NCBI GenBank assembly: GCA_951406725.2
Contig: OX597820.1
Span: 11,594,001-11,658,000 of the forward strand
Length of the DNA stretch: 64,000 nt
Direction of reading: 5' to 3'
Source of the DNA: Octopus vulgaris
Lineage: Eukaryota
Positions 28,239 through 42,030 of the stretch are shown here, in pieces. The position numbers were made by a program, and so were the translations under genes. The notes beneath the pieces were generated by a model, which was given only the letters and a program-made list of their open reading frames with translations, was not told the origin of the DNA and searched no databases. How positions within the stretch are numbered: the stretch's first letter is position 1; every line of letters begins with the position of its first letter.

Positions 28239-29356
28239 CCAGGAAAACGTATATTTATATAAATATACAATACATATTTGTCTGCGTATTTATTCATATT
28301 ATATAATATTGTGTACGTGTGTGTGTGTGTAAAGTTCAATAAAAAAGTTATACATTGACATTTGAGCGTATATCTGTATACGTAAGTAAAATGGCGGGAA
28401 TATAGCCACGTAACAATGGGCGGATAAGAAGAAGAAGGAGAAGGAGAATAAGAATGGGAGAAAGGCGGGAAGGGAGAGAGAAAGAGAGTTCATGGCAGAG
28501 AAAAAAAATAATAATAATAATGAAAAGACATTAAAAATACGAAGCGACAGAAGGATTTATGCATATTGTATGTGGGAATGTGTCTGAAAGGATAAGCTAG
28601 AGTTTGTTGAAGGACAAAATGTGAGAGGGAGGGAGGGAAAGAGAGAGGGGACAGAGAGAGAGAGAGAGAGGGGAGGAAGAGAGAGGAAGGAAGAGGTGGG
28701 ACTGAGAGGGAGGTGGAGAGAGAGAGTGATACGCAAAAATAGCGGTTTTTTAAGTTGTCAGAAAGAAATAGAAGCGTAAAAACGACGGGAAATATATTTT
28801 AAAGCTTTTTTTGCTCTCGTTTGCCAAACACTTACACAGGCTTACATATTCATTATACATACAAACATACATACATACATACAAGCCTATAGTTATACCT
28901 ACACACGCTCTCACATGCATACATGCGCACACATGCATACATACAAACATGCCGTATTTATACATGCATTCATATAAACGCTCTCACATACATAGATGCA
29001 TATATACATATATGCCTATATTTATGCAGGCATACACACGCTCTCACATACATACATGCACACATGCATACATACATGCCTATATTTATACATACATACA
29101 TACATACATACATACATACACACGCTCTCACATACATACATGCACACACACACGCATACATATATACGTACATGCAAGCCTATATTTATACATACATATA
29201 AACGCTCTTACATACATACATGCACACAGATTCATATATACATACATGCACACAGATTCATATATACATACATACATGCCTATATTTATATATACATACA
29301 TACATGCACACGCTCTCACATACATGCACACATACATACATACATACATACATACA

Positions 29357-29390
<34 letters not shown>

Positions 29391-29419
29391 CATACATACA
29401 TGCAAATATATCATTCTTT

Positions 29420-29792
29420 TATACTTTTACTTGTTTCAGTCATTTTGACTGCGGCCATACTGGAGCACCGCATTTATTCGAACTAATCGCCCCCAGGACT
29501 TATTCTTTGTTAGCCTAGTACTTATTCTATCGGTTTCTTATGCTGAACCGCTATAATAAAGGGACGTAAACACAACAAAATCGGTTGTCAAGCGATGGTG
29601 GGGAACAAACAGATACACACACATATGTACAAGGGGCTTCTCTCAGTTTCCGTCTACCAAATACGCTCACAAGGCTTTGGTCAGCCCGAGGCTATAGTAG
29701 AAGACACTTGCCCAAGGTGCCACGCAGTGGGACTGAACCCGGAACCATGTGGTTGGGAAGCAAGCTTCTTTCCACACAGCCACGCCTGCGTC
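29420..29792 (-). mobile_element. SINE family A
   Basis: Reverse complement of the family consensus. Confidence 0.85.
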
Positions 29793-29834
29793 TATGTGTT
29801 TGTATGTCCGTTTATACACACATGCATATAGAGT

Positions 29835-30830
29835 TGGTGTGGAAGGTTAGGGTGTGCGGTCCACGATCATAGGGTCTTGAGTTCGATTCAAGGCGGTGCG
29901 CTGAGTCCTTGAGCGAGACACTTTATTTCACGTTGCTCCACTTTACACATCTGGCAAAAGTAAGCTCTACATGTAATTCAAAAGGGCCAGCCGTGTTACA
30001 TTCTGTGTCACACTGAAGACGGTGAGCTGGCAGAAACGTTAGCACGCTGAGCGAAATGCTTAGCGGTATTTCGCCTGCCGTTACGTTCTGAGTTCAAGTT
30101 CCGCCGAGGTCGACTTTCCCTTTCATCCTTTCGCGGTTGATAAATTAAGTACCTATTTCTTTACTACCCACAAGGGGCTAAACACAGAGAGGACAAACAA
30201 GGACAGACAAACGGATTAAGTCGATTATATCGACCCCAGTGCGTAACTGGTACTTATTTAATCGACCCCGAAAAGATGAAAAGCAAAGTCGACCTCGGCA
30301 GAATTTGAACTCAGAACGTAACGGCAGATGAAATACGGCTACGCATTTCGCCCGGCGTGCTCACGTTTCTGCCAGCTAGCCGCCTTTAGATTAAGTAGAT
30401 TAAGTACCAGTTGCGTACTAGAGTCGATCTAATCGACTGCGCCACCTCCCCCAAAATTTCGGGCCTTGTGCCTAGAGTAGAAAGAATCGTTAGCATGTCG
30501 AGCGAAATGCTTGGCGGTATTTCGTCAGTCTTTACGTTCTGAGTTCAAATTCCGCCGAGGTCGACTTTGCCCTTCATCCTTTCGCGGTCGATAAATTAAG
30601 TACCAGATGCGTACTGAAGTCAATCTAATCGCCTGCGCCCTCCCCCAGAATGTTTGGCCTTGTGCCTAGAGTAGAAAAGATGGTGTCGTACTAAATATCC
30701 TTGAGAATTATATTGAAGGTACTCGTGTCTGTGGAGTGCTCAGCCAATTGCGCGTTACTTTCACGAGCAAGCTGTTCCGTTGGTCGGAACAACTGGAACC
30801 CACGCCGTCGTAACTGAGAGAATGCTAGTT
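29835..30830 (+). mobile_element. tRNA/CORE-like SINE interrupted by a cluster of SINE B copies in both orientations (30018-30680)
   Basis: Head GAGTTCGATTC and CCTTGAGCGAGACAC at 29835-30015; tail at 30695-30830 matches 15815-15925 in reverse. Confidence 0.7.
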
Positions 30831-31098
30831 TGTAGGGGCTGGTGATGCAAAACAGGGAAATTATTAATAATCGGCAGGAGTTACAGAGTGACTCAATTGC
30901 CGAGAGTTTCGTCTATTGGCATTTATCAGACATGTATGTATGTATGTATGTATGTATGTATGTATCGTTTAAGGCCCGGCAAAATTGGACAGTTGCCTAA
31001 AATCGCGAAGCGTCGCAAGTCCAATGATAATTCACCTATGTTGTGGTTTAATGTAGAGTTCCCTTATGTTTTGCTTTGACTAGGGACCTAAAATGCTT

Positions 31099-31162
<64 letters not shown>

Positions 31163-32404
31163 TGTGTGTCTGTGTCTGTGTGTGTGTCTGTGTGTGTGTG
31201 TATGTGTGTGTGTGTGTGTGTGTGTTAGGAATATATGTAATATTCCGTGTTGTGTACATATTGTAAAGTTCAATGGAAAATTTTTTCGTCGAAAGAGCGG
31301 GAGCGAGAGTTGTAGTAGTAGTAGTAGTAGTAGTAGTAATTGTTTTCGTTGGTTTCATTTATTTGTTTGTTTATTTGTTTATTTGTTTTTTGACATCTAT
31401 CTCTTAATTCCCAAACGTGTTTCGTCGATATTACGAGATTAAAATTGATTAGATACACTGGATAGATTGTGTCTGTGTGAATAAATAAATATACGTAAAT
31501 ATAGATGTATATATACAGAGAGAGAGAGAGAGGGGGGAGAGAGTGAGTGAGTAAGATGGAGAGCGATGCTTGTTAAAGGAATAGGTAGGGAAAAAAAGAA
31601 AGAAAGAGGATGAAAGAGAGACTAAAGGAGAGAAAGAAAGAGAGAGAGAGAGAGGAATTAAGTGATTAAAGGGAAAAGAAAAATTACAGCGAACGGAAGG
31701 TAAGGAAATGAAAATAGAATAAGTGTCGAATGAGAGACAGAGAGAGAGAGAAAGACAGACAGACAGAGACACAGAGAGAGGGATATGAAAAGATGGAGAG
31801 AGAGATACAGAAGGGAGAAAGAGTGCGTGTGTGAGAGGCATATGAAGAGATAGAGAGAGAGAGAAGGAGAGACAGATAGAGACACAGAGAGAGGGATATG
31901 AAGAGATGGAGAGAGAGAGAGAGAGAGAGAGAGGGGAAAGAGTGCGTGTGTGAGAGGCATATGAAGAGATAGAGAGAAAAGAAAAGACTAAGAGAGGTAG
32001 AGAGAGTGGCGTGTTGGAGGCTAGGAGTGTTATTTCAACGATGGTTGGTGTAGATAAGAGAGACAAGAAGCTGAGGTGCGGTAGCGGCCGCCAATAGACG
32101 AGCAGATCTAGAAATACACACGAACCAAAGACGCACATTTTCAACATGTGATACGTTGTTGTCGTTTTGACTTGATAAAGCTTCTTACTTCTCTCTCTCT
32201 CGCTCGAAAATATCGTATTTTTGGGCAGAAAGAAAAGGGAACTTGTTTTTGTTTTAACCCTTTTTTAAGACGGGCGCCAAACTGCAGTTTTTGTTGTTGT
32301 TTGAAGTGAGATAAGGGCTGAGGAAGATAAAGATAGAGGGACAAAAAAAAAAGGAGTTATAGGGGTTTTATTTGCTTAAAAGTCTGGCATCTTTATCCTG
32401 TATC

Positions 32405-32776
32405 CCTTGCTTGTTTCAGTCAATAGACTACGGCCATGCTGGGGCACAGTCTTGAAGAATTTTAGAACGAATCAACACCAATATCTAATGTTTTTAAGCT
32501 TGGTTCTTATTCTGTCGGTCTCTTTTGCCGGACCACTAAGTTACGGAGATGTAAACACACCAACACTGGTTGTGAAGCAATGGTGGGGCGGGGGAAAACA
32601 TCCCCCCACACACATATATAATTCTTTCAGTTTCCGTCTACCAAATCCACTACAGGTTTTGGCCAGCCCAGAGCTATAGCTAAAGACACTTGTCCAAGGT
32701 GTCACCGCAGTGGGTCTGAACCTGGAACCATGTGGTTAGAAAGCAAACCTTTTACCACACAACCACGCCTGCGCCT
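32405..32776 (-). mobile_element. SINE family A, older diverged copy
   Basis: Colinear with the consensus, many substitutions. Confidence 0.8.
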
Positions 32777-33235
32777 CTGGTTGAATATTATAATCGAATG
32801 CCAAGTTCTGGTCTTCTACGGAAATGTGTAACAGAAATAATTCTTGCTCTAATTTTGGCAGGAAGCCAACAGTTTTCTTTTTTTTTCTTTTTTTTTTTTT
32901 TTTGGAGGTGAGAAGTAATAATCGATTATATCGACCTCAATATTCAACTGGTACTGATTTTATTGATCTCGAGAGAACGAAAGGCAAATTCGACCTCAGA
33001 GCTATCGCAAAAACAAAGAATAATTATTGTATATGCGTTTTACATATTTTTCTCTCATTCTTATCGATTTAATGTAACGGTAGTAGCAGCAGCAGTAGCG
33101 GTAGTAGCAGTAGTGGTGGTGATGGTGGTGGTGGTGGTGGTGGTGGTGATGGTGGTGGTGGTGGTGGTGGTGGTGGTGGTGGTGGTAGTAGTAGTAGTGG
33201 TAGTGGTAGTGGTGGTGGTGGTGGTGGTGGTGGAT

Positions 33236-33275
<40 letters not shown>

Positions 33276-33802
33276 CAGTAGTAGTAGTAGTGGAAGCAGT
33301 AGCAGTGGCGGCGGCGGCGGTGGTGGTGGTGGCGGCGGTGGTGGCGGTGGTAGCGGTGGTGGTGGTTAGTGCGTGAGTGGATGACTTGATGCTGAAGCTG
33401 TTTATAAATGGAAAATTTTTTTTCTCCAGTAATCTTTGAATCTTAGCCAGCGCCAGCTTCTATCTTTCCTCCCACCCAGCTTGTAAGCAAATTCGTTTTT
33501 TGTTGTTTTTTTTTGAAAGAAGAAAAGAAAAGCATGAACCTCACAACTTCCTATTTTTCTTTCCCCATCATTATTGATATTTTCCCCTAAAAATAAATAT
33601 ATAATTGAAGGTTCCTATACGCCATTTGAAAGATACCGATGTTTAAAACTGATGCTATCGTGGTTTGTCTATTTGTTTGTAGCTACTGTTCTGGTTCCGA
33701 GGCTATTTTTGCTTTCTGCTTTTTTTTTTTTTTTTATCCCCATCAGCATCACATTGGTTCGATTATACTCCAATGTCGACTTATCCACTCGCTCACTATT
33801 AA

Positions 33803-34034
33803 CTCTTTACTCTCTTTTACTCTTTTACTTGTTTCAGTCATTTGACTGTGGCCATGCTGCAGCACTGCCTTTTAGTCGAGCAAATCGACCCCAGGACTTA
33901 TTCTTTGCAAGCCTAGTACTTATTCTATCGGTCTCGATTGCCGAACCGCTAATGTTACGGGGACGTAAACACACCAGCATCGGTTGTCAAGCGATGTTGG
34001 GGGGACAAACTCAGACACAAACATATACACACAC

Positions 34035-34086
<52 letters not shown>

Positions 34087-34502
34087 GTTTAAATATTTGT
34101 TGTGCAAGATTTTTTATGTGAAGTCGTGTGTTGAAACAGATATTGTTGTATTAAGGAATGGTCATTTTGCCAGTTTAGCCAATAAAAACACACGCACTAT
34201 ATATTTGGTGTTACTTTGCTTCAGTGTTATTTATTTATTTTTACTTTTTACTTTATATATAGTGCGTGTGTTTTTATTGGCTAAACTGGCAAAATGACCA
34301 TTCCTAAATACAACAATATATATATATATATATATATATGATAGGCTTCTTTCAGTTTCCGTCTGCCAAATCCACTCACAAGGCTTTGGTCGGCCCGAGA
34401 CTATAGTAGAAGACACATGCCCAAGGTGCCACGCAGTGGGACTGAACCCGGAACCATGTGGTTGGTTAGCAAGCTACATACCACACAGCCACTCCTACGC
34501 CT
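33803..34502 (-). mobile_element. SINE family A split by an inverted-repeat element (34090-34320) in its internal (TA)n
   Basis: Both halves colinear; insert arms 34142-34203 and 34256-34317 are near-perfect inverted repeats. Confidence 0.85.
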
Positions 34503-34787
34503 AGGAGTGTTATTATAACTGTTATTGTTATTTATTTCATATTCGACATTGTTCCAAATTCCACTTGTCCCTTGTTCTGTATTATCCCTATTTGTTTTGT
34601 GTTCGGCCCTTGTGGCCAATAAATATATCATTATTATTTTTTTTCTTTCTTTCTTCAAATTTTCTTCCATTTCTCGCCGGGTGTTTTCCATACACCTAGG
34701 GCAGAACAGCTCATTGTATGCATTCCCAGATTACACACGCAAATTCACATGTAAAATATGTATTTTAAAAAAGTAATAAATTGAGAA

Positions 34788-34859
<72 letters not shown>

Positions 34860-34860
34860 C

Positions 34861-34908
<48 letters not shown>

Positions 34909-35195
34909 GAGTGAGAGAGCAGTGCATGCCATCAAAGTGACACTAGGGCAAAGTATACGAAGCCCAGTATACCCATCATGACTACCCGTCTGATAAGGGT
35001 ACACCATCCATATGCATCACAACCATATATGCGCGACATGGTGATCTCCTCACCCAAAGACCTCAAGAGACAAGTTAGAAGTTTATGTTGGTGTTATGCC
35101 TAAGGTGCCATATATTTGGTTTTGTACTTAGTGTTGCTCTAGAGAATGTATAAGAACCCATAAGAAAATTATGTTTGTTTTAAAATTTGAGATTA

Positions 35196-35264
<69 letters not shown>

Positions 35265-35525
35265 CATCATCATTATTATTACCGAGAGAGCAGCGCATGC
35301 CATCAAATTGACACTGGGGTAAAATATACGAAGCCCAGTATACCCATCATGACTACCCGTCTGATAAGGGTACACCATCCATATGCATCACAACCATATG
35401 CTCGCGAAATAGTGATCTCATATCAAGATAAACAGCGCATGACCTTGCAGGTGGGGCCCAGTTAGAATTTCCTTCAGGTCGAGTAGCCCATCCTGCTCAA
35501 AAGGTCCTTGAACAAGGATGATGAA
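34909..35525 (-). mobile_element. Two truncated copies of the (AAT)n-associated repeat (full copy at 42030-42610)
   Basis: GAGAGAGCAG.GCATGCCATCAAA directly after (ATT)n at 34909 and 35284. Confidence 0.75.
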
Positions 35526-35537
35526 CGAATTTTATTA

Positions 35538-35601
<64 letters not shown>

Positions 35602-36010
35602 AGCGGTGAGCTGGCAGAATCGTTAACAACGTCGGGCCAAATGCTTAGCGGCATTTCATCCGTCTCTACGTTTCTGTGTTCAAATTCTGCCGAGGTTGAC
35701 TTTGCCTTTTATCCTTTCGGGGGTCGATAAATTAAAGTACCAGTGAAACACTGGGGTCGATGTAATCGCCTTAATACCCTCCTGCGAATCTTGTGGCAGA
35801 ATATGAGGCTATTGTTGTTATTCTGAGTGGTTGTATTTCGTCCTTCCTATCTTGTCCTCCGTGTCCTGGGCGTTTGTGGCTAATAAAGAAATCATTAATA
35901 TTATTATTTGATCAGCCTGTTCGTTCTTGAATTATTTTCTTTTAATGATACTATAACCATGCATCTCTCCCTCACTCTTTTCTCTTCGCTCTTCTCCCTC
36001 ATCCTTCATC

Positions 36011-36108
<98 letters not shown>

Positions 36109-36226
36109 CGCTCGCTCTTTCTCCATCTTTCTCAATGATAAACATTATGCCACGTGAGAAAATAAATTTGACCTTTTCTAGATAAGTGTCATTCAATCAA
36201 TCGGTAACCTACGTTTGCAGACAACA

Positions 36227-36264
<38 letters not shown>

Positions 36265-36513
36265 ATACTCTTTTACTTGTTTCAGTCATTTGACTGCGGC
36301 CATGCTGGAGCACCGCCTTTAGTCTACTCCCAGGACTTATTCTATCAGAAGGAACAGAAAATGCAACGTGTTCCCGATGTCTCTTAGTAGACGTAAGTGA
36401 AATGAAATATTTATAACTACATAGGAAGAAAACTCACCACAACATACTTGCTTCACAAGAAATAAACACTTCGATTTCTTTCTCCTCGTTGCGTGTCCAG
36501 ACATGTGTATGAT

Positions 36514-36581
<68 letters not shown>

Positions 36582-36604
36582 AGTGTGTGTGTGTGCGTGC
36601 GTGT

Positions 36605-36997
36605 ATACTCTTTTACTTGTTTCAGTCATTTGACTGCGGCCATGCAGGAGCACCGCCTTTAGTCTACCCCCAGGATTTATTCTTTGTAAGCCTAGTACTT
36701 ATTCTATTGGTCTCTTTTGCCGAACCGTTGTTACGAGGACGTAAACACACCAGCATCGGTTGTCAAGCGATGTTGGGGAGACAAACACAGACACACCAAA
36801 CATATACACGCACATACATATATATACATATATACGACGGGCTTCTATCAGTTTCCGTCTACCAAATCCACTCACAAGGCTTTGGTCGGCCCGAGGCTAT
36901 AGTAGAAGACACATGCCCAAGGTGCCACGCAGTGGGACTGAACCTGGAACCATGTGGTTGGTAATCAAGCTACTTACCACACTGCCACTCCCATGCC

Positions 36998-36998
<1 letters not shown>
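36605..36998 (-). mobile_element. SINE family A
   Basis: Reverse complement of the family consensus. Confidence 0.9.
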
Positions 36999-37029
<31 letters not shown>

Positions 37030-37284
37030 TGTATGTATGTATGTATGTATGTATGTGTGCGTGTGTGTATTTATGTTTTATTTTAATCCGATCAACCCCC
37101 TTGCTACTCTCAGTGTTGCCTGTGGGTGCTCTGGGTCACGACTGTACACCCAGTGTTGCCACAGAAGAAACTCGGGATACGGAATTCTCTTTATTTTTCT
37201 TCCAACAATAATCAGTAAACGCGCGCGCGCGTGTGCATAAATATGTAAATACATATGTACGTACAAATACATATATATATATAT

Positions 37285-38086
37285 ATATATATAAACGGCA
37301 GTTTGTCTGTGTGTGTGTCTGTGTGTCTGTTAGGTTGTACCCTCACCCTGACCACGGCTTTCAACCGATTCTGATGAAACTTGACACACACATAGCCCAA
37401 TGTCATAATTCAAAACTAACGCAGCTAAAATTTTGAAAAGTTCCCTCAGTCCTGAAAAAAAATCGATAAATTCGACATGGGTCGAGAATCTAAGCTTTTT
37501 ATATGCAACACATTTTCTACAGACTGTCTAGGGGACGCAACTCGACCTTTTTAACTCTCGGAACACGTGGGGTAAGTATCCCAAAATGTATAAAAATGTA
37601 CAAAAACGGCAAAAAAGCGGGCAGCAATGTGAGTGACAACAACGAAAAAGTCAAAAGTGACCAAACTGAACAAACGAATGGAAAAGGTTTTTTGATGCAC
37701 ACGACAAAAGCGGTTTATAGTAAACCAAGAGTTTGCAAGTAGCGTCCGAGGACCCTTAGGGTACATCAAAAATTTAAGGTGAAACGTTTGGGGGGGTGGT
37801 TATAAAGAAAGTGTAAACAAAAAAAGTATTCGAATAACTCGCGGCTGCAGCAGCTATTAGCAGAAGTGGCGCTGTTGGGGGTAAAGTCTCGAATGTAATT
37901 TCTTCCTGGTAGGAATTGGTTGGGTTGAATTATCGATAGCTGTTTGATAGTTATTTGGGAGTGAAGAGAAGACATTGCAACCTGCACATGCGCCTTCGTT
38001 CCCTAGAGGGAAAGGACTAGATTGGGATTAGTCGTTGCCTACTAGGGGCTCTTACATACCCGAGCAACGCCGGGCTATGCTGCTAG
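37285..38086 (+). mobile_element. Non-autonomous Helitron, long variant
   Basis: First about 270 bp match 19300-19560; ends CCCGAGCAACGCCGGGC-TATGCTG-CTAG before T. Confidence 0.8.
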
Positions 38087-38239
38087 TATATATATATATA
38101 CATGTATGTAAAAATATACACACATGCATATATGTCTGTGAGTGTGTGTAAATGTATATGTATTTTAAACGTTTATGTACGTAAATATATGAGTATATAT
38201 GTGTGTATGTATGTGTTTATGGATAGAGAAAGAGAGAGT

Positions 38240-38344
<105 letters not shown>

Positions 38345-38770
38345 TAGATCGATAAAGATAAATAGATAGATAGATAGATGGATGGATGGACAGACGGATA
38401 CGAAAATATATGCAAATGGAGGGTCTTAAAAGCCTTTTATAGAATTTAGAATAACTCATATTTTTCTGAAAGTGATGAGGAAACAAAGTCTGATTCTAGG
38501 TGTGCCGCAGTGTAACTTGAATATAATATTTTTTCCTCCTTTTTAGCTATTTTTCTTGTTCAGGTGTGCCGCCGAATTTTCGAAAAGAATATAAGTGTAG
38601 TCTAAGTGGAAAAGGGTTGCGGAGCACTGCTCCGTACGATCCGAAACGTATTAATTGAAAATTTTATTTCCAGGCATTCATTTTCTAGAAAGTTATGAAG
38701 AAACAAAGTCGAAGTGGGAGATGCACAGATCTGTAATGAAGCTGTATTTATATTCGCTTCAAGTGATTAT

Positions 38771-38816
38771 TCTGTGCTGATGAAGGGAAATAACTCAGAA
38801 ACCACAGGTACACAGA
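38771..38816 (+). ncRNA. Minimal type-I hammerhead motif (same family as 63716-63760)
   Basis: TCTGTG-CTGATGA-a-GGG aaataa CTC-a-GAAA-CC aca GG-TA-CACAGA. Confidence 0.75.
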
Positions 38817-39338
38817 TATTGCTTTGAGCTGAGTTAGGGCACTAGCTCCCTTGTTACCAAATATGAGGACGCAGTTAGTGCGTCGATAGCCAGTTGGAGA
38901 CGATGTTTTCCTGGGGCTAAATAGCAGTAACATTCGTCTATACGTTGGCAAATAAACTTATATTTTCTTCAATCTCTTCTTTTACGTTACACATGTACAC
39001 TCACACACGCCATACTCACATACATACACATATACACACGCTTGCGCACCTTAGTTCGTTGTGGTCACCATTAACTTTACCGTTATTATTGTTATCTCCC
39101 TTTCGTTCAACCTCTTATTTCTACTCATCCCGCCATGTTGGACCGTTGAACTCTACACATTTTCTCTCTCTCCGTTTTTTTTTTTTTCATTCTCTCTCAA
39201 ATCTTCCCTCTTAATACTTTCTTTCGAAGAGCGTAGGCTCGAAACGTAAAAGTCTTTTCCATTTTTCCCGAGCGTTAAACTAATACACCTGCTTGTTGTT
39301 CCTACAACTGTCTTAGTCTTCTGTCCTCTGTAAATTTG

Positions 39339-39401
<63 letters not shown>

Positions 39402-39404
39402 TGT

Positions 39405-39655
39405 GTGGAGACGCAATGGCCTAGTGGTTAGGGCAGCGCGGTCGCAGGTTCGCGGTTTCGATTCCCAGACCGGGCGTTGTGTGTGTTTATTGAGGGAAAA
39501 CACTTAAAAGCTCCACGAGGCTCCGGCAGGGGGTGGTGATCCCTGCTGTACTCTTTCACCACTCATTCTTCTGTTGGCCTGCTCATTCGAAGACTAAAAC
39601 AATGCGAACGTATTGTGACCAGCGATGTGTAACAACATCTGATGGTCTGGTAAAT
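39405..39655 (+). mobile_element. SINE family C
   Basis: TGGCCTAGTGG A box, GGTTTCGATTCCC B box. Confidence 0.8.
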
Positions 39656-39658
39656 TGT

Positions 39659-39691
<33 letters not shown>

Positions 39692-39698
<7 letters not shown>

Positions 39699-39948
39699 GT
39701 CTGGGGAGAGTCATTTCCTTTTTGTGCCTTATAATGTAACACACTCACCGGTAAAATTTCCACTTATTTCATATTTTTATTTTCCTAAAGTTTTCGTTGC
39801 ATCTTGCAACCCTTTTCAATAGTCTTGAAGGTTGCAAGATGCAACGAAAATTTTAGGAAAATAAAAATAAGAAATAAGTGGAAATTTTACCAGTGAGTGT
39901 GTTACATTATAAGGCACAAAAAGGAAATGACTCTCCCCAGACACAACA
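39692..39948. repeat. Near-perfect palindrome, arms about 120 bp, spacer about 18 bp (Penelope-like inversion)
   Basis: TGTTGTGTCTGGGGAGAGTCATTTCC...GCAACC / GGTTGC...GGAAATGACTCTCCCCAGACACAACA. Confidence 0.9.
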
Positions 39949-40008
39949 GAATGTACTTCAACACATGAACTCATATAAAGTACGTTGCAAACCAAATCCC
40001 AAAACGAA

Positions 40009-40090
<82 letters not shown>

Positions 40091-40226
40091 GCCTTGCCAT
40101 TACGATGCTAACATACATTAATTCACACGTATGTATATATATACATAATTCACATGTATGTATATATATACGTATACATACATACATGCAAACTATATAT
40201 ACATATATGTATATATATATATATAT

Positions 40227-40312
<86 letters not shown>

Positions 40313-40526
40313 AGGTTTAATTCTCAGGTGATCTAAACGATTAAGTACGTTAGGTAAGTAGTGTAACGGCTTACTGGGGCTCCAAGGTTATAGCCGAGAC
40401 AGTAGTTATGGAGGCATTGAAGATTTCCGATGCAGCGGATATATAATTGTTAGAGAGGACAACAAACGTTAAGGCAAAGCAAACATCTCAAGTCATATGC
40501 ATTATAATTATTGGGAAAAATTCAAC

Positions 40527-40582
40527 GTCTTACATGTGTTTCTGGGATAACCCAGAGTATAGGATATCGCGTCATCGGAGAC
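40527..40582 (-). ncRNA. Hammerhead motif, diverged inverted partner of 40937-40994
   Basis: Minus: GTCT-CCGATGA-..GATATCC..GGGTTATC..-GAAA-CACATG-TA-AGAC. Confidence 0.6.
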
Positions 40583-40936
40583 AAATAGGGAAAATGAGAG
40601 TGGTATAAATTAATGAAATAACGTCATAGAGGACAAGAGTAAAGGAATAAGGAGATGAAGAAAGACAAGAAAAAAGATGCATAAAAGTTCACAGTTCAAC
40701 CATCCGATCTTGCACAAATAAGCCCATAAGTCCTTAGGTGCAACCCTGTGTAAATCCATGTGGGTTAAAGTCCCGATATTGTAAGCATCCAGAAAAAAGA
40801 TCCGAACATATCAACGTTCAATAATAGAATGGTAGCGGAGGTGATTATTATATGGTAAAAAGAAAGAAAAGTAAATAAATAGAAAGAGAAGTAGATAGAG
40901 TGACGGGGGAAGTTAAGGATTCTCATTTTTCCTATT

Positions 40937-40994
40937 TGTCTCCGATGACGGAATATCCCATACTTTGGGATATTCCAGAAACAGCTGTAAGACA
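40937..40994 (+). ncRNA. Type-I hammerhead motif (U4C core variant)
   Basis: TGTCT-CCGATGA-c-GGAATATCCCA tactt TGGGATATTCC-a-GAAA-CAGCTG-TA-AGACA; perfect 11-bp stem II, palindromic stem III. Confidence 0.8.
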
Positions 40995-41599
40995 GTATAC
41001 ATTCATGTCCATTTGCCTACATAAACATATAGTGTCTAAGAATACAGTGTATAAAGATAGCCAAGTAGATAAGAGAGGAGGAGGAAGGAGAGGTGGTAGA
41101 GGTAGATAACATAATCAAATAAAATAGAGCTAAATGAAAGGAATTTTAAAGAGAATAGTAGGTGCCCGTGGTATTCTTCTAGTCTTTAGGGGTTGGAGAG
41201 GAAATCTAGTAGTAAATACTTGTGTCCGTTCTGGCTAAGGTCAGTGGCTGTAGAGTTACTTTTAGCAATGAGGTAATGGGTGTGCAGGTAGTCGTGAATG
41301 GATGAACTAGTTGAATGATAAATTATTTAGGAGTAGGGGTTAGAATTAAATATCAGGGGATTTATTAACTTAAGGTTTAAAAATAAATTAAGGAATTAAT
41401 ATTTATCTTATACAGAGATGAGCTAAGGTTGATAGAAGAGATATAGAGGGGTATGTGTTAATGATCATGGAGGTTTGTATCTGGGTGTTATTCGTGGGTG
41501 GGGGTGGACTTACATTTAGATTTATGAAAGAATTTAAAAATGCGGAAGAATTTGTGTTTACACGTTGTCAAGGCTTCGTTGTGTTTATTAAGGAATTGT

Positions 41600-41972
41600 G
41601 GTTAGAATTTTCTTCAAGTTGAGTAGCCCATCCAGCTCAAAAGTTCTCTGAATAAGGATTGTTTAAGGATGCTGAACGAACCACCCATGTTTCCAAAGGT
41701 GAATTATCCAAACCTCTAAGAATTTCTTTCAACACACGACTATGATGCTCCCCCACTACTTCTGCTTGTAATCAGAGATGCACATATCGTCGGCCACTAA
41801 GGGACATGCTCAACTGGTTAAGGTCAAGCAACTGACAAGCAAACTGCGGTATTGAGCAGAATATTTGCTGTAGCCAATGTTTTATACCAAGACAAAACAA
41901 TGTACATGATTATACTTCCAATCAGTTAAGATCAGAAGCCACGAGAACCACTGCCTGGTACTGCATCAGGTC

Positions 41973-42030
<58 letters not shown>

